The translations under genes and the position numbers were made by a program. 64,000 bases of DNA from Squalus acanthias (Eukaryota): the NCBI GenBank assembly GCA_030390025.1, contig CM059432.1:58344001-58408000 (forward strand), in the 5' to 3' direction. Numbering within the stretch: the stretch's first letter is position 1; every line of letters starts with the position of its first letter. This document shows, piece after piece, positions 1-12,445 of the stretch. Below the pieces are notes generated by a model that was not told the origin of the DNA, did not search any database, and was given only the letters and a program-made list of their open reading frames with translations.

Positions 1-56
1 GTCAGCTTTCTCCCCAAACAATCTGCAGCCCCTTTTGCACCATCAGCCACCCTTAC

Positions 57-105
57 ACCTCATTGTTTTCCCTGTCCTCAGCTGGATCTTGTCTTTATGT
101 TCTGC
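57..105 (-). pseudogene. Putative exon of decayed host gene (AEHKDKIQLRTGKTMR)
   Basis: Acceptor ttgttttaag, donor gtaagg; 49 nt, open in phase 0, matching the phase-0 end of the 546-717 exon. Confidence 0.45.
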
Positions 106-545
106 CTTAAAACAATAAGGCCTCTATTAGAGAGTTTGCCAACTTATACAATCTTTCAATAAACATAAATTTCCATGAACAAAAAGTACTTCATAGTAAT
201 CAGTGTATATGGAATTCCAGTTTTTAATTCAAAAAATCCATTAATTCTCAAAAATGGTTCAGAATAGAAAGATTTTTTAATTGAATTCTCAACCTTCTAA
301 TTGAAGAAAAGAAATCCATTTTTAATAAACAATCTTGTTGATAGTTAGAAAGGGAAAAAATACAAGCAAGAATGGTGCTAATAGGTATGGGTTTATCTTG
401 ACTGAACACTTCGTAATAGAAAAGTTAACATCTTAAATGACACCTGCTTGAAATACATTTTTGAAAATTCAATCTTCAGTTTGTATGCAAATATTATGGA
501 AAAAGCAAAGAAACTCACGAATCCTCACAGGCTGAACGGACATAC

Positions 546-717
546 CCTTCTACTCCTCAACTCTTGTTCATTCACAAATTGCATTCTAGGAAATTCTACT
601 AACTGCACATGCTCAAAATGCACAAATGTGGTTGGAAGCTCTGTGCAGCTTTTCTGAGGTAAAAATTTCTAGTCGAACCACAAGCTTTTGAGATTGGCTG
701 AGGTCTTGAAGGAAAAG
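546..717 (-). pseudogene. Putative exon of decayed host gene (FSFKTSANLKSLWFD*KFLPQKSCTELPTTFVHFEHVQLVEFPRMQFVNEQELRSRR)
   Basis: Acceptor gcctttaaag, donor gtatgt; 172 nt, 57 codons with one TAG, in the phase dictated by the 11248-11388 exon. Confidence 0.55.
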
Positions 718-821
718 CTTTAAAGGCATTATAAGACACAAAACATAATTTAATGGGTTAATTTAATCATGCTATTGTGAAATATGTAAATTTGTGATTC
801 TTTAATTTTGTTTAAAACTTT

Positions 822-1885
822 GGGCGCGATCTTGCCAGCTCTGGGGAGGCGGGTATGGAGGCGGGACTGCCGGGAAAATGGCAGAATTTGGGGGCGGGTG
901 CCAAACCCACCCCCAACCCGCCTCCGTGCCATCTTGCCAGGAGGCGGATAGCCGTCCCGCGCCGGGTCCCGTCTACCACAGAAGGCAGTAGAGGCCAATT
1001 CATTAAATATATTCAAGAAGGAGTTAGATATATTTCTTAAAGCTAAAGGGATCAAGGGATATGGGGAGAAGGCAGGGACAGGGTACTGAATTTGGATGAT
1101 CAGCCATGATCTCATTGAATGGCGGAGCAGGCTCGAGGGGCTGAATGGCCTGCTCCTGCTCCTATCTTCTATGATTCTATGTTTCTATGTTTCCTTGGAG
1201 GCGGGAAGGGGATTAGTGCCACTTAACTGCCTGTTAACAGGTAGTTAACAGGCAGATAAGAGGATTATCCCCATTTTGAGCCCTGAAATACGGGCTTCCT
1301 GAAGGCTCCAAACCCCGCCAGGGTCACTGAGGCGAGTAGTGGGTCTGCAGGGGTCGGAGGGGTCTAAAAGTGTGCTGTGGAGGTAAGTGATGGTGCAAGA
1401 GTGGAGAGGTGAGTATCTGAGGTAAGTGGAAAGTGTTAGTAAAAGTGTACTTACCTTTGTTTCTTCCTGCAGGCTTCAATCAGTGGGTTTGCGGAGAGCC
1501 TCGCACCTCCACATTGGAGATGACAGATGGCCGTTGCATTCTCCAATGCAACAAACATCTCATTTCTGCAAAAGAAAGAGGTTTGATGAGGTCTTGAATT
1601 CAAGAACTCATCAAACTACATAGATTGTCACTGTTTGACAGCTTCACAGAGCTGTCAAACAATGACAATTCATCTGTCAAAACTTTTTGACAGATGAAAC
1701 ATCATTCGTTGACGTTCTCTGCAACCAGCTTTCCCTTAATTGGCCTGCTAAGCCCGCCGGGCGGGCTTAACATTGTCAATCAAGGGAAAATAGCGTGGGT
1801 TGGCCAGAAGTTGATGGAGGCGGGACTGAAACCCGACAAGTGGGAGTCCCGCCTCCAAAAGCTCCCCATTGGCAAAATCACCCCC
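822..1885. mobile_element. Non-autonomous Harbinger-like element (family F, GGCGGG-rich ends)
   Basis: Imperfect 16-bp TIR GGGCGCGATCTTGCCA / TGGCAAAATCACCCCC; TTT on both flanks; inverted homolog at 33965-34758; carries a CR1 3' fragment. Confidence 0.8.
972..1192 (+). mobile_element. CR1 LINE 3' end fragment nested in the Harbinger-like element
   Basis: CR1 3'UTR (gaatggcctgctcctgctcct) ending in an (TTCTATG)-type microsatellite tail; absent from the 33965 copy. Confidence 0.8.
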
Positions 1886-2077
1886 TTTATTTCAGATATT
1901 ATGGCCGACTTTTTCCAATTGTATCATCACCAGTAAATCCCTAAAAATGAATGGGTTACTGCTAGCATTATATTTAGAAAAACTAGATCGATAAATTTCA
2001 GTTACTGAGAAGAAAATGGCACATGAAAGATTTTTGAAATTTCATTATTAAACTATGTCAAGCAATTTTAATTATAA

Positions 2078-2965
2078 GGGGGGAAAATTCAGTATCACCC
2101 ATTTGGGGCGCAATTATCAGCCGAGCGCAAAGATTAGCGCCTGGCGCTAATTATCGCCTCCGACTTCAACCTTGACTTTTATCGCCCCTGGAGGTGATTG
2201 GAGCGCTAAATCAGGCGCTTCACACCTGTCTTAAGGTGCAAAGGCCGAGGAGCGAGACGCTACCTCAGAGCGCTGGCGAAGCTCATGTGATGTCAGTCAG
2301 CAATGGAACACACACACAATGGCACCGGCTAGTTCTTAAAGGGGAGGGTTGATCTTGCTTTCCATCCACATCCTGCTCATTGCAGCCTTGAATCTCGGCC
2401 TGGAGAGACCTGTACATCAAATCTGCTGGAAAGAACAATGGAGAGGCCCAGGGAAAGAGCTCAGAGTGCAGCCCCCACAGTCTCTTCTAAATCAATACAA
2501 GGAAGGGCAAATCAAAATGAACCTGCAAAGTGCTGCTCAGTACCCAAAACTCCTTCACACAGCGGTGAATCTCTCCAGAAGTCTCTCTCTCTCTCAGAAT
2601 GCGTGGTTCAAAAATGTCACCAACAAAAAAAGGCAGGAAGCGGTCGCCTTTAAATAGCACTCCCCCAGTCCCTTCCTGACTGCAAAACGCTCCCCTCAAC
2701 CTGTCATTGCTAGCGGCAGGCGGTAAGGCAGGGGGCACCACTCAATATCCGCTCAGGGGCGCTACCGGGGTGTTGCGCACTCGACTGACGTCACGATCTG
2801 CCGGTGCAGGAGATCGTGGCGGTACTGTTTAGCGCCGCCGCAAAATGTCTAGTTAATTTCGCGAGCGGCGCAAACATCGCCATGCCCGGGCGTTAGTTGC
2901 TTTGTGCCCCATTAGTGCCCTCTTAAGGCGCTAACGGGAGGCGCAACCAACTGAATTTTTCCCCC
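2078..2965. mobile_element. Non-autonomous Harbinger, internal-deletion derivative of the 37409-41557 family
   Basis: TIR GGGGGGAAAATT / AATTTTTCCCCC; TAA TSD at 2075-77 and 2966-68; Myb start (MERPRERAQ, 2438) fused to the first bases of the transposase at ~2465. Confidence 0.9.
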
Positions 2966-3811
2966 TAAATGTTTACAAAGGCAGTTGCAAAGTTACTCTG
3001 TGAGCAGGATTTTGATTATGCAGTTTAAAAATGCTCAGTGAACCTCATTTTCCAGGATGTTTCAATACCATTCAGTTAGCTATACTGATGGAGTTTTCTA
3101 GCCGTTTCTGATCAAAAAAGTTTGATGAGTGGCTACATTGTCAGCATATGAAAATGATGGTAATTCATCCACCAATATATATATTCTATCATCTGCACCA
3201 TAGCAACGCTGCATTCAAAGGATGCCTGTTTAGTCTGTGGCATTCAGCATTTCTGTGGATGGAGATAGAGATTTAGAATTTAAAGATGAAATCGATTCAA
3301 TCCATCACAGAATTGTATTGGCTTAGGCAGAAAGTTAAAAAAAATTAACTGTTTTTAGTAAATGTTTAACTGGCAGCTGCTGTGGCACAGCTTTGCCAGC
3401 AGCTTCTGTAGATCAAGCCCCATTCCAAGTGAATTTCCAAACAGAAGCCAGGGAGTCTGCCTAAATTAGGCAAATGACCCTGAGGTGAGAAAATCAGCTG
3501 GGGTCAGGGCCCCATCCTCGTGGCAGACAGAAGCATTACCACGTTGGAGATGCAACCCAACTCTGTGGAAGCAAAAGATCTGGGCTTGCTTTATCACCCT
3601 ATTGGCAGATTATTCCAGACAATTTTTTTAATGAAGTGTCTTGTATCTGATCTAAATTTACTTTCATAGTTTATACTGATGACCTCGGACCCTATTATTC
3701 TGCCTTGTTTTAAAGTAATATTTTGCATACTTGAAAAGGTCCCAGCTTAACATTCTTTTCTCTAGCTTGTAGAGGCTGATTATTTTTAACCTCTCCTCAT
3801 AGTTCAACCTC

Positions 3812-4758
3812 CTTACATTTCCAATCACTCTGATGACAGGTCAACAACCTGAAATGTTGGGAGCTTTTGGAGGCGGGACTCCCACTTGTTGGGTTTTAGT
3901 CCCGCCTCCATCGACTTCTGGCCAACCCACGCTATTTCCCCTTGATTGACCTTGTTAAGCCCGCCCAGCGGGCTTAGCAGGCCAATTAAGGGAAAGCCAG
4001 TTACTGGTGACGTCAGTGAGTGACGTTTCATCTGTCAAGAGCTTTTGACAGATGAATTGTCATCGTTTGACAGCTCTGTGAAGCTGTCAAACACTGACAA
4101 TCTGTCTTCTAATTTGAGTCTTTACTCAAGACTCAATTAGAAAGCTTTCCTGAGCAGAAAGCAGAAGGCTACTGCATTTGAGAATGCAGCGGCCATTCTG
4201 CTTTCTCTGCCGGTGACATGAGGGACTCCCGAGACCTGAAGGGATGAAGCCTGGAGGAAGAAGCAAAGGTAAGTAAAGCTTTTAAAACACTCAACACTCA
4301 CCTCACACACTTACCTCTGCACACATGCACCAATCACTCACCTGCACACCGGACATCTCGGCCCCTCCGACCCCTGCAGACCCACGGCTCGCCTCGCTGA
4401 CCCTGGCAAAGTTCGGAGCCGTCGGGAAGCCCACACTTTAGGTGGCAAAATAGGGATTATCCAAAAAACTGCCTGTTAACTACCTGTTAACAGGCAGTTA
4501 ATTGGCACTAATCCCCTTCCTGCCTCGAGGAGGCGGCTCCCAGCGCAGGTCGGGTACCTGCCTCCTGGGAAGATGGCACGGAGGCGGGTTGGGGCCGGGA
4601 TGGGTACCCGCCCCCAGATTCTGCCATTTTCCTGGCAGTCCCGCCTCCATACCCGCCTCCCCAGGGCTGGCAAAATCGCCCCCGTTAACTCGGTTTCTCA
4701 CTACACAGATGCTGCCTGACCCGCTGAGTATTTCCAGCATTTTCTGCTTTTATTTCAG
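3812..4758 (+). mobile_element. Penelope-type 3' tail with hammerhead motif, split by a Harbinger insertion
   Basis: ctgatga..gaaa core at ~3829-3854, continuing at 4684 (aactcggtttctc..cagatgctgcctgac..tccagcattttctg); same tail as at 52390-52492. Confidence 0.7.
3859..4683. mobile_element. Non-autonomous Harbinger-like element (family F) with partly deleted left TIR
   Basis: Homologous to 33965-34758; right TIR TGGCAAAATCGCCCCC; GTT on both flanks. Confidence 0.8.
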
Positions 4759-5699
4759 ATTATCAACATCCACAGTATTTTGCTTTTGTCCAATCATTCT
4801 TGTTGTTTTTCTCTGTACCTTCTCCAATGCTTGCACATCCCTTGTATAGTGTGGTGAAAACATTTTTAAAAATTCGTTCCTGGGATGTGGGCGTCGCTGG
4901 CAAGGCCAGCATTTAAAAACTGTACACAATACTCCAAATGAGGCCTGACCAATGATTTGCATTGCCCCAGTATGACTTCAGCAAACTTGTATTTCACTGT
5001 TCTAACTAAATATCACAGTACTTTGAAAACTTCTTTTAACAATTCATCACTACATTGTCTTGATATTGATAGTCATTAGTCCACTTATGCTTCAAGGTTC
5101 TATTCTTAGTCTCCCTGTGCTAATTCTATTCAATTTTATTTTGTATTTAAGATTTGAATACTGCTTCCGTGTCCAGAGAGGCTCTTCAAGCATCTCTCTC
5201 ACAGTTCTGGACATAGCAATCTGTCTTATGCATTTTATGGATACTGCTATGGCCAGCGCTCCTCTCAACTGGGTGTAGACGTACCTTATTTAATTGGAGC
5301 AAATGATATTTTATTTAACTTTTATGTTTTTTAAAATTTTGCTCAGCTTGCTCACATTCCAGTGCCATTTTCCCACATGCACTGTCCTGGTGCAGAGCCT
5401 TGTTTTCTGGGAGTATAGGGGGCGATTTTCCCACTGGAGGCGAGGTGGAGGTGGGTTTCAGTTTGGGTGGGTTTGAAACTCGCCTCCACTGATAGGTTTC
5501 AAAAATTTGCGATTTTCCCCTGATTGGCCACTTGATTTCAGAGGTATGGGATGCCCTTGCTCAATTAGTGTTTTGGGACTGAAACTCGCCTCTGTTGACA
5601 ACACTTATCCAGTCTGATTTTATGGCTTCTTGCTCCCTTGGCTCATTCCACAGCATATCTGCGTCTCCTGCACCACCTCCAACATCTTTTGAGAAATCT

Positions 5700-5882
5700 A
5701 TGTCCAATTCCAAGACAAGAGCCTACCTGAGGCTCTTGGACGAGGCGCTGCAAATGTTGTTTGAGGGGGTGACAGCTAGCATGGAGGTGCTCTTCCACTC
5801 ATCTCGGGGGAAGAGGCCTGCCAAAGAAACCAAGGCTGTGTGGGTACAGCTGGCAAGGGATATAAGCGCCAGATCTGTGTGC
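5700..5882 (+). pseudogene. Truncated Myb/SANT-like gene of Harbinger element
   Basis: MSNSKTRAYLRLLDEALQMLFEGV..KAVWVQLARDISARSVC aligns by eye with the SANT N-terminus encoded at 13390. Confidence 0.7.
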
Positions 5883-6126
5883 AGATTGGGAGACTGTTTC
5901 TGTGTATTGATGAAATGCCATCCCTGTTGGAAAGCATTAAAATGATTTGAAGCCAAAATGTTGGCGTTATGCCATCTGTGCTTTCGCCTTAGGCAGCTCC
6001 ACATTGCGGCATCCGCCACACTTACGTTGTCAGGTTGGGGGCCTGAGTGAAAGGAGGCCAGAGAGTCATGTCCATTGTCAATGATATCCTAGGATGGAGC
6101 CAAGGACATGTGACAACTTGGGCAAC

Positions 6127-7472
6127 CTATGCAAATCTGGCCAGGATAAGTTCATCCCTTGCATCCCGGGCAGCCATGTGCTCGCGTGCTGCCGCGGCCG
6201 CTGGTCGATACACCGGCGCTCTGACATCCTCCTGCTCCTCCTCCTCCTCCTCCTCCTCCTCCTCCAGATCCTCCTCCTCCTCCTCCTCCAGATCCTCCTC
6301 CAGATCCTCATCCTCATTATCATCTGAGGAGGGCTGGAACTGAGCCACTTGCTCATCAGGAAGCTGCAAGCCACGACACTGTGCGATGTTGTGCAGTCTA
6401 CAGCAGACCATGACCATTCTGGAGACCCTGTATGGTGTATACTGCAGGGCTCCACCTCATCGGTCAAGGCAACGGAAGCGCATCTTCAACAACCCAATGG
6501 TTTGCTCTATGATGGACCTGGTCGAAGTGTGGCCTCGTTAGCTGGCCTTCTGATCGGCGTCATTAGCCACTTCTTCAGTAGCCTTTGTCACCAAGGAGCC
6601 ATCCGTTAAGTTGGTTTGGTGGATTGAAAAGCGGAGGAACACTAGAGTGCCGCAGGATGAAAGATTCATGGCAACTACCACAGAACTTGGTGCAAACATG
6701 CAATAACTCCTTCTTGTGGTTACACACCATCTGAACGTTGAGGGAGTGGAAGCCCTTTCAGTTGACAAAGATAGCTGGGTTGTGATGGGATGCCCTAAGG
6801 GCCACATGTGTGCACCATTGGCATGCCTGCCATATTTGCGAATCCAACCAAACAGGCGGTTATACTTGCTTGATCCCTTGTGAACTGGATGTAATTGTGG
6901 GCCTTAGCAAAAAGGGCATCGGTAACCTGGGTGATGCAACTGTGGGCGGCTGACTGGGAGATGCCGCTGATGTCTGCTGATGATCCCTGAAAGGAGCCTG
7001 AGGCAAAGAAGTTGAGTGCAGTGGTGACTTTGACAGCCACTGGTGAGGGGTGTCCACCCATTTCTCTGGGCACCAGGTCTTGCTGCAGCAGGCCGCAGGT
7101 CTCTCGGACAACCTCTCGCGAAAGTCTCAGCTTCCTTTGGCACTGCTGCTCACTCATGTTGAGGTAGCTCATCCTTTGTCTGTAAACCTTCTGTCGGGGG
7201 TATCTCCTGCAGCGAGGTGCCTCGATGCATTGGCGCCTTCTGCCCTGTGCAGCATCAGGTGGCTGAGATGGAGGTTGGGGCTCCTGCTGATGTTGCTACT
7301 GAGCTCCCTGGGCAGGAGGTTGGGGCTCCTGCTGATGTTGCTGCTGAGCTGCCTGGGCAGGAGGTTGGGGCTCCTCCTGATGTTGCTGCTGAGCTGCCTG
7401 GTTCTGCTGCTGCCCTGGATGGACCTCATCCTCATCTGAGGTCCATGCAGAAAGAAAACGAATGGTTCCCAT
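6127..7472 (-). pseudogene. Harbinger DDE transposase pseudogene (HARBI1-family), frameshifted
   Basis: Motifs [43 protein letters not shown] and an acidic tail; split over several frames; Q/P-rich 15-aa repeats at the N-terminus. Confidence 0.9.
7270..7400. repeat. 45-bp tandem repeat (~3 copies) encoding QAAQQQHQQEPQPPA
   Basis: Unit ggaggttggggctcctgctgatgttgctgctgagctgcctgggca repeated in tandem. Confidence 0.85.
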
Positions 7473-8212
7473 GCTGCTTGTAGATGCCTCCTTTGGGGAA
7501 GCGCACATTGCAAGCGGGGAGAGGGTCTTCACAGGAGGTCCCACAGTTGATTGGTTCAAGCTGCAGCACCTCTGACTTCGGAAGGCCTTCTAAAAGTGCT
7601 CAGAGACCTTTTAAAGCCAAGGTCTGGCACCTGCAAGTAATCCTTGATGCAATAAACGATGTCTTGTTAGACCTGCAGCAGTGAGGAGGCCACCCACGAG
7701 TCAACTCGCCAGGTTTACCTGGCGTGGTTTAGGAGGTGCGTGGATCACGCCGAAATGCTGGAAAAGTCACGAGGGCCTCTCAAAATAGGATTAGAGAGGC
7801 CCTTAACGAGCATTTAAGGCTGTTAAGTAGCGCAATGGCCAGCTGGAGGCGGGAGCGTTTCCCGACCTCCAAAACTGGCACCGGCAAAATCCCGCAGAGG
7901 CGGGTTGGAGGCGGGTTCCAAACCCGACCTCTTTGAATCTGATTTTCCCGCCTTTCCCGCCTCCAAACCCGCCTCCTCCGACGTCAGAAAATCACCCCCC
8001 ATGTATCAGGAATTCACATGTGCACCTCCTGTGTTCCTGTGGTTTTCTGTGCATTCGAAAAATAGGCCCTGACGCATCCATCCTTAACAATAAATATAAC
8101 CAAAATCTTTGATTATAATTGGCTGCCACATCATAAATTCCACAGATTAACAAAAGGTTCAGAGGGAAGAGGAACAAATAAATGGTTTTTACTATACTAT
8201 GGGCTAAATTTC

Positions 8213-10500
8213 ATCAGCCGCACTCACAAGACAGTCCAGAATGTCACCCGAGCACAACGCAACGCCATCCACGCTCTCAAGACCAACCGCAACATCGTCA
8301 TCAAACCAGCGACAAAGGAGGAGCCATCGTCATACAGAACAGAATGGACTATTGTAAAGAAGCATACCGACAACTGGACAACCAGGAACACTACAGACAG
8401 CTACCCGCAGATCCGACCAAAGAACACACCCGCCAACTCAATAGACTGATCAAGACCTTCGATCCAGACCTTCAAAACATCCTACGCGCTCTCATCCCAC
8501 GTACTCCCCGCGTGGGAGACTTCTACTGCCTCCCAAAGATACACAAAGCCAACACACCCGGACGTCCTATCGTATCAGGCAATGGAACCCTGTGTGAGAA
8601 CCTCTCTGGATACGTCGAGGGCATTCTGAAACCCATCGTACAGGGAACCCCCAGCTTCTGTCGCGACACTACAGACTTCTTACAGAAACTCAGCACCCAC
8701 GGACCAGTTGAACCAGGAACACTCCTCGCCACGATGGACGTATCGGCACTCTACACCAGTATCCCCCACGATGACGGCATCGCTGCGACAGCCTCAGTAC
8801 TCAACACCAACAACAGCCAATCTCCAGACGCCATCCTACAACTCATCCGCTTCATCCTTGACCACAATGTCTTCACCTTCGACAACCATTTTTTTACCCA
8901 AACACACGGAACAGCCATGGGGACCAAATTCGCACCCCAATACGCCAACATCTTCATGCACAAGTTCGAGCAAGACTTCTTCGCTGCACAGGACCTCCAG
9001 CCAACGCTGTACACCAGATACATCAACGACATTTTCTTCCTTTGGAGCCATGGCGAAGGATCACTGAAAAGACTACACGATAACATAAACAAGTTCCATC
9101 CCACCATCAAACTCACCATGGACTACTCCTCAGAATCGGTTTCATTCCTGGACACACGAATCTCCATCAAAGACGGACACCTCAGCACTTCACTCTACCG
9201 CAAGCCCACGGACAACCTCACGATGCTCCACTTCTCCAGCTTCCACCCTAACCACGTTAAAGAAGCCATCCCCTATGGACAAGCCCTGCGAATACACAGG
9301 ATCTGCTCAGACGAGGAGGAACGCGATGGACACCTATGGACGCTGAAAAACGCCCTCGTAAGAACGAGATATGACGCTCGACTCATCGATCGACAGTTCT
9401 GACGGGCCACAGCGAAAAATCGCATAGACCTCCTCAGAAGGCAAACACGGGACACAACCAACAGGGTACCCTACGTCGTCCAGTACTTCCCCGGAGCGGA
9501 GAAACTACGCCATGTTCTTCGCAGCCTTCAACATGTCATCGATGACGACAAACACCTCACTAAGGCCATCCCCACGCCTCCACTACTTGCCTTCAAACAG
9601 CCGCCTAACCTCAGAAGTACCATCGTTCGCAGCAAATTACCCAGCTTTCAGGATAACAGCGACCACGACACCACACAACCCTGCCACGGCAAACTCTGCA
9701 AGACATGCCAGATCATCAACACAGATACCACCATCATACGTGAGGACACTACCCACCAGGCACATGGTACATACTCATGTGACTCGGCCAACGTTGTCTA
9801 CCTCATACGTTGCAGGAAAGAATGCACCGCGGCATGGTACATCGGCGAGACCATGCAGACACTGAGACAACGTATGAACGAGCACCGCGCAACAATCGCC
9901 AGGCAGGATTGTTACCTCCCAGTCGGGGAACACTTCAGCAGTCAAGGACATTCAGCCTCGTATCTGCGGGTAAGCGTTCTCCAAGGCGACCTTAGGAACA
10001 CACGACAACGCAAAATCATCGAGCAGAAACTGATAGCCAAGTTCCGCACTCATGAAGACGGTCTCAACCGGGATCTTGGGTTTATGTCACGATACATGAC
10101 GTGATCCGGACTCGAGTCGTCGTTGGCTTGTTCACAGATGTGATTCCCAGTAAAAAAGTAAAAATTTTAAAGCTTATCGTTTTACATACAGACGGCAGTT
10201 TTTGACACGTTAGACCCCCTGCGACTCCACCTCATTGTCTCAGTTGTATCTTGCTATGTCTTTGATGTGGTACCTTCCTGGCTGACCTGATTAACTTTAT
10301 CACACCTCAGCAGATAAACAGTCAGGATGATTTAATTTAGTTGTCTGCAATTGTAAGGTACACATGCATTGTTCTCTATCTATATATGCTTTGGCGATTC
10401 TGTATCTCTTTACTTCACCCAACGAAGGAGTAGTAAGCTCCGAAAGCTTGTGATTTCTAATAAAACTGTTGGACTATAACCTGGTGTTGTGCGACCTCTA
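8213..10500 (+). mobile_element. Penelope-like retroelement (RT + GIY-YIG), 5'-truncated and disabled
   Basis: DKGGA, FYCLPKIHK, GRPIVS, MDVSALYT, GTAMG, YIND (for YIDD), TGA at 9400, GIY-YIG NVVYLIRC..WYIGET; 3' tail with degenerate hammerhead at ~10415-10452. Confidence 0.92.
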
Positions 10501-11247
10501 AATTTAATTGCCTCAGACTTGACCCATATTAAAATGTGTGGTACTTAGTTTTGCAGTCGCTGAGCTGTTTCAGAATGATTATTTCAAGCAGCTGATGGAT
10601 AGCCCATTAAAATTCTAATTCACCAATTAACTGTATGAAAGAATCATAGTGAGACAATTCAGTTACTGCAAAACTAAGCTCCATGCATTTTAACATGGTC
10701 AGATCATACTTAAAATACCCGTTGATCTATCACTGCTCTTCAGACTTTTCCATGCATAATGAGTTCCAAACTTTTCATGTTGCAGTTTGAAAAAGCTAAA
10801 TAAAACAGGTTAAATCATTGCTTAATGTTTTGGGAGCAAAGTAAAAATAGGACATTAACTAGAAGTTGAATGGGGTGATGATGACTACCTTTTTCCTTTA
10901 TTAAGCTCACATTTAAAATATTCAAATTTGCTACAGAATACCCTCATTATTCAAATAATCAGTACAACTTTAAAAAATAATGGCTAGTCTACTCTCTGTC
11001 TTTTTCTGTGCTCTTCTCCAAATTGCACAACTATGGGAAATTAAGCTGGTTGGATTGCATAGCTTTGTACAGGTAAAGCCAGTGGATGTTTTCACCCAGC
11101 CTAGTATGTCAGAATGAAAAGTGTTTCACATTCATCTTATTCAGTTTCAGGTCAGTCTTTGAACCTTCTCTGTTTCAGCGCTGCCTGCTTATGTTTCTGT
11201 CCTTGAGTGCTCTTTGATTGGAGGCATCAAAAGAAGCAGCAGCTTAC

Positions 11248-11388
11248 ACGTGTCACAGGGCCTACATGTGAGGTTGCAGCTGAATGCAAGCAACTAAAGC
11301 TACAGCAGACAAGGTTATGGTACAACAATTTACAGCAAGACCTTTATCCAAGGCCAGGCAGTGACTATGAGAACTGCAAGCAGTGACA
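11248..11388 (-). pseudogene. Putative exon of decayed host gene (VTACSSHSHCLALDKGLAVNCCTITLSAVALVACIQLQPHM*AL*H)
   Basis: Strong acceptor ctttgtttctcctatag, donor gtaagc; 141 nt, phase 2 to phase 2, compatible with both neighbours. Confidence 0.55.
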
Positions 11389-11847
11389 CTATAGGAGAAA
11401 CAAAGAGGAATACACTCACAAGCCCAAATAACATGCATCATTCTGCAACGCCAAAATTTAAACTCTCAATTCAATCTTTCTATGACGTTATTTATCTATG
11501 AGCTGTATTGTAGGATGCCCCATTCCCCATCTGTCAAGGCATCAGGATCTTTGCTGCACTAGGGCTATAGTGTGTTTGGTGATGATTCTGGTGGATGAAT
11601 ACCTCTCGTGATGAGCAATTGTATAAGAGGTGTCATAGAGGTTGCATGAACCATGCCTGGAGAGGTTTGCTTGGTCTCCTGGAAGACAACCTTGCACTTT
11701 CAGCCTTGAGATGGAATTGGACAGGAGTTTATTTCTATAATTAGTACTTGTGCAAAGTGAGTAAGCAGAGATTGATTCTTGCCGAAGTTTGGTGCTAGCA
11801 GGAGTTAAGGCAAACAGTATCTACATTTTAAAGTTTTATACAGAGGG

Positions 11848-12130
11848 ATGACAGTACAGGGAATCCCTGTGATGTGTGTGGAGTGCAATGTATGGATTAT
11901 CATGGATTCTCAATGTATCTAGGGGCAACATATTTGCACAAAATAGCAGAACATTGAGTATCTGGAAGAGAATCTCTGCTCGAGCACCAATTGGCCACAC
12001 TCTACAGCATTTCAGAGAATGACGGTTTCTGGATCATACTATCCAGAATGTGGTTACCCCAGAGGCAGTGTGAGAAAGTTCAGCACACCGGGATAATGTA
12101 GAAAGAGAGAAGTGGGTAATTATCCACTAG
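11848..12130 (+). mobile_element. Decayed CR1 ORF1 zinc-finger remnant
   Basis: VMCVECNVW..QHICTK resembles VMCCSCSMW..DHVCSKC at 44090. Confidence 0.5.
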
Positions 12131-12186
12131 GGCAGCAGAGGGAGACAGGACTCACAGGTCAAGGACACCCTGAGTTATTATCCAAT

Positions 12187-12445
12187 CTTAAGCAGTCCCT
12201 TGGAACCGAGGATGACTGGCTTCCACATTAAAAATGAGTTCTCAGGTGACTGATGAGTCCAATGCGGGACCTACAGTCTCTGTCACAGGTGGGGCAGACG
12301 GTGGTTGAAGGGGCGGGTGCTTGGTTGACGTGCGCTGCTTGCGCTTGGCTTCCGCTTGCTCCCGGCGAAGAGACTCGAGGTGTTCGGCGCCTTCCCGGAT
12401 GCTTCTCCTCCACTTTGTGCGGTCTTGGGCCAGGGATTCCAATAG
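12187..12445 (-). mobile_element. RTE-clade LINE 3' end
   Basis: LAQDRTKWRRSIREG and C-terminal CPTCDRDCRSRIGLISHLRTH zinc finger typical of RTE ORF ends. Confidence 0.75.

Larger units (their letters stand above)
5418..8000. mobile_element. Decayed two-gene PIF/Harbinger transposon (family F-related)
   Basis: TIR GGGGGCGATTTTC / GAAAATCACCCCC; Myb remnant on +, transposase remnant on -. Confidence 0.85.
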
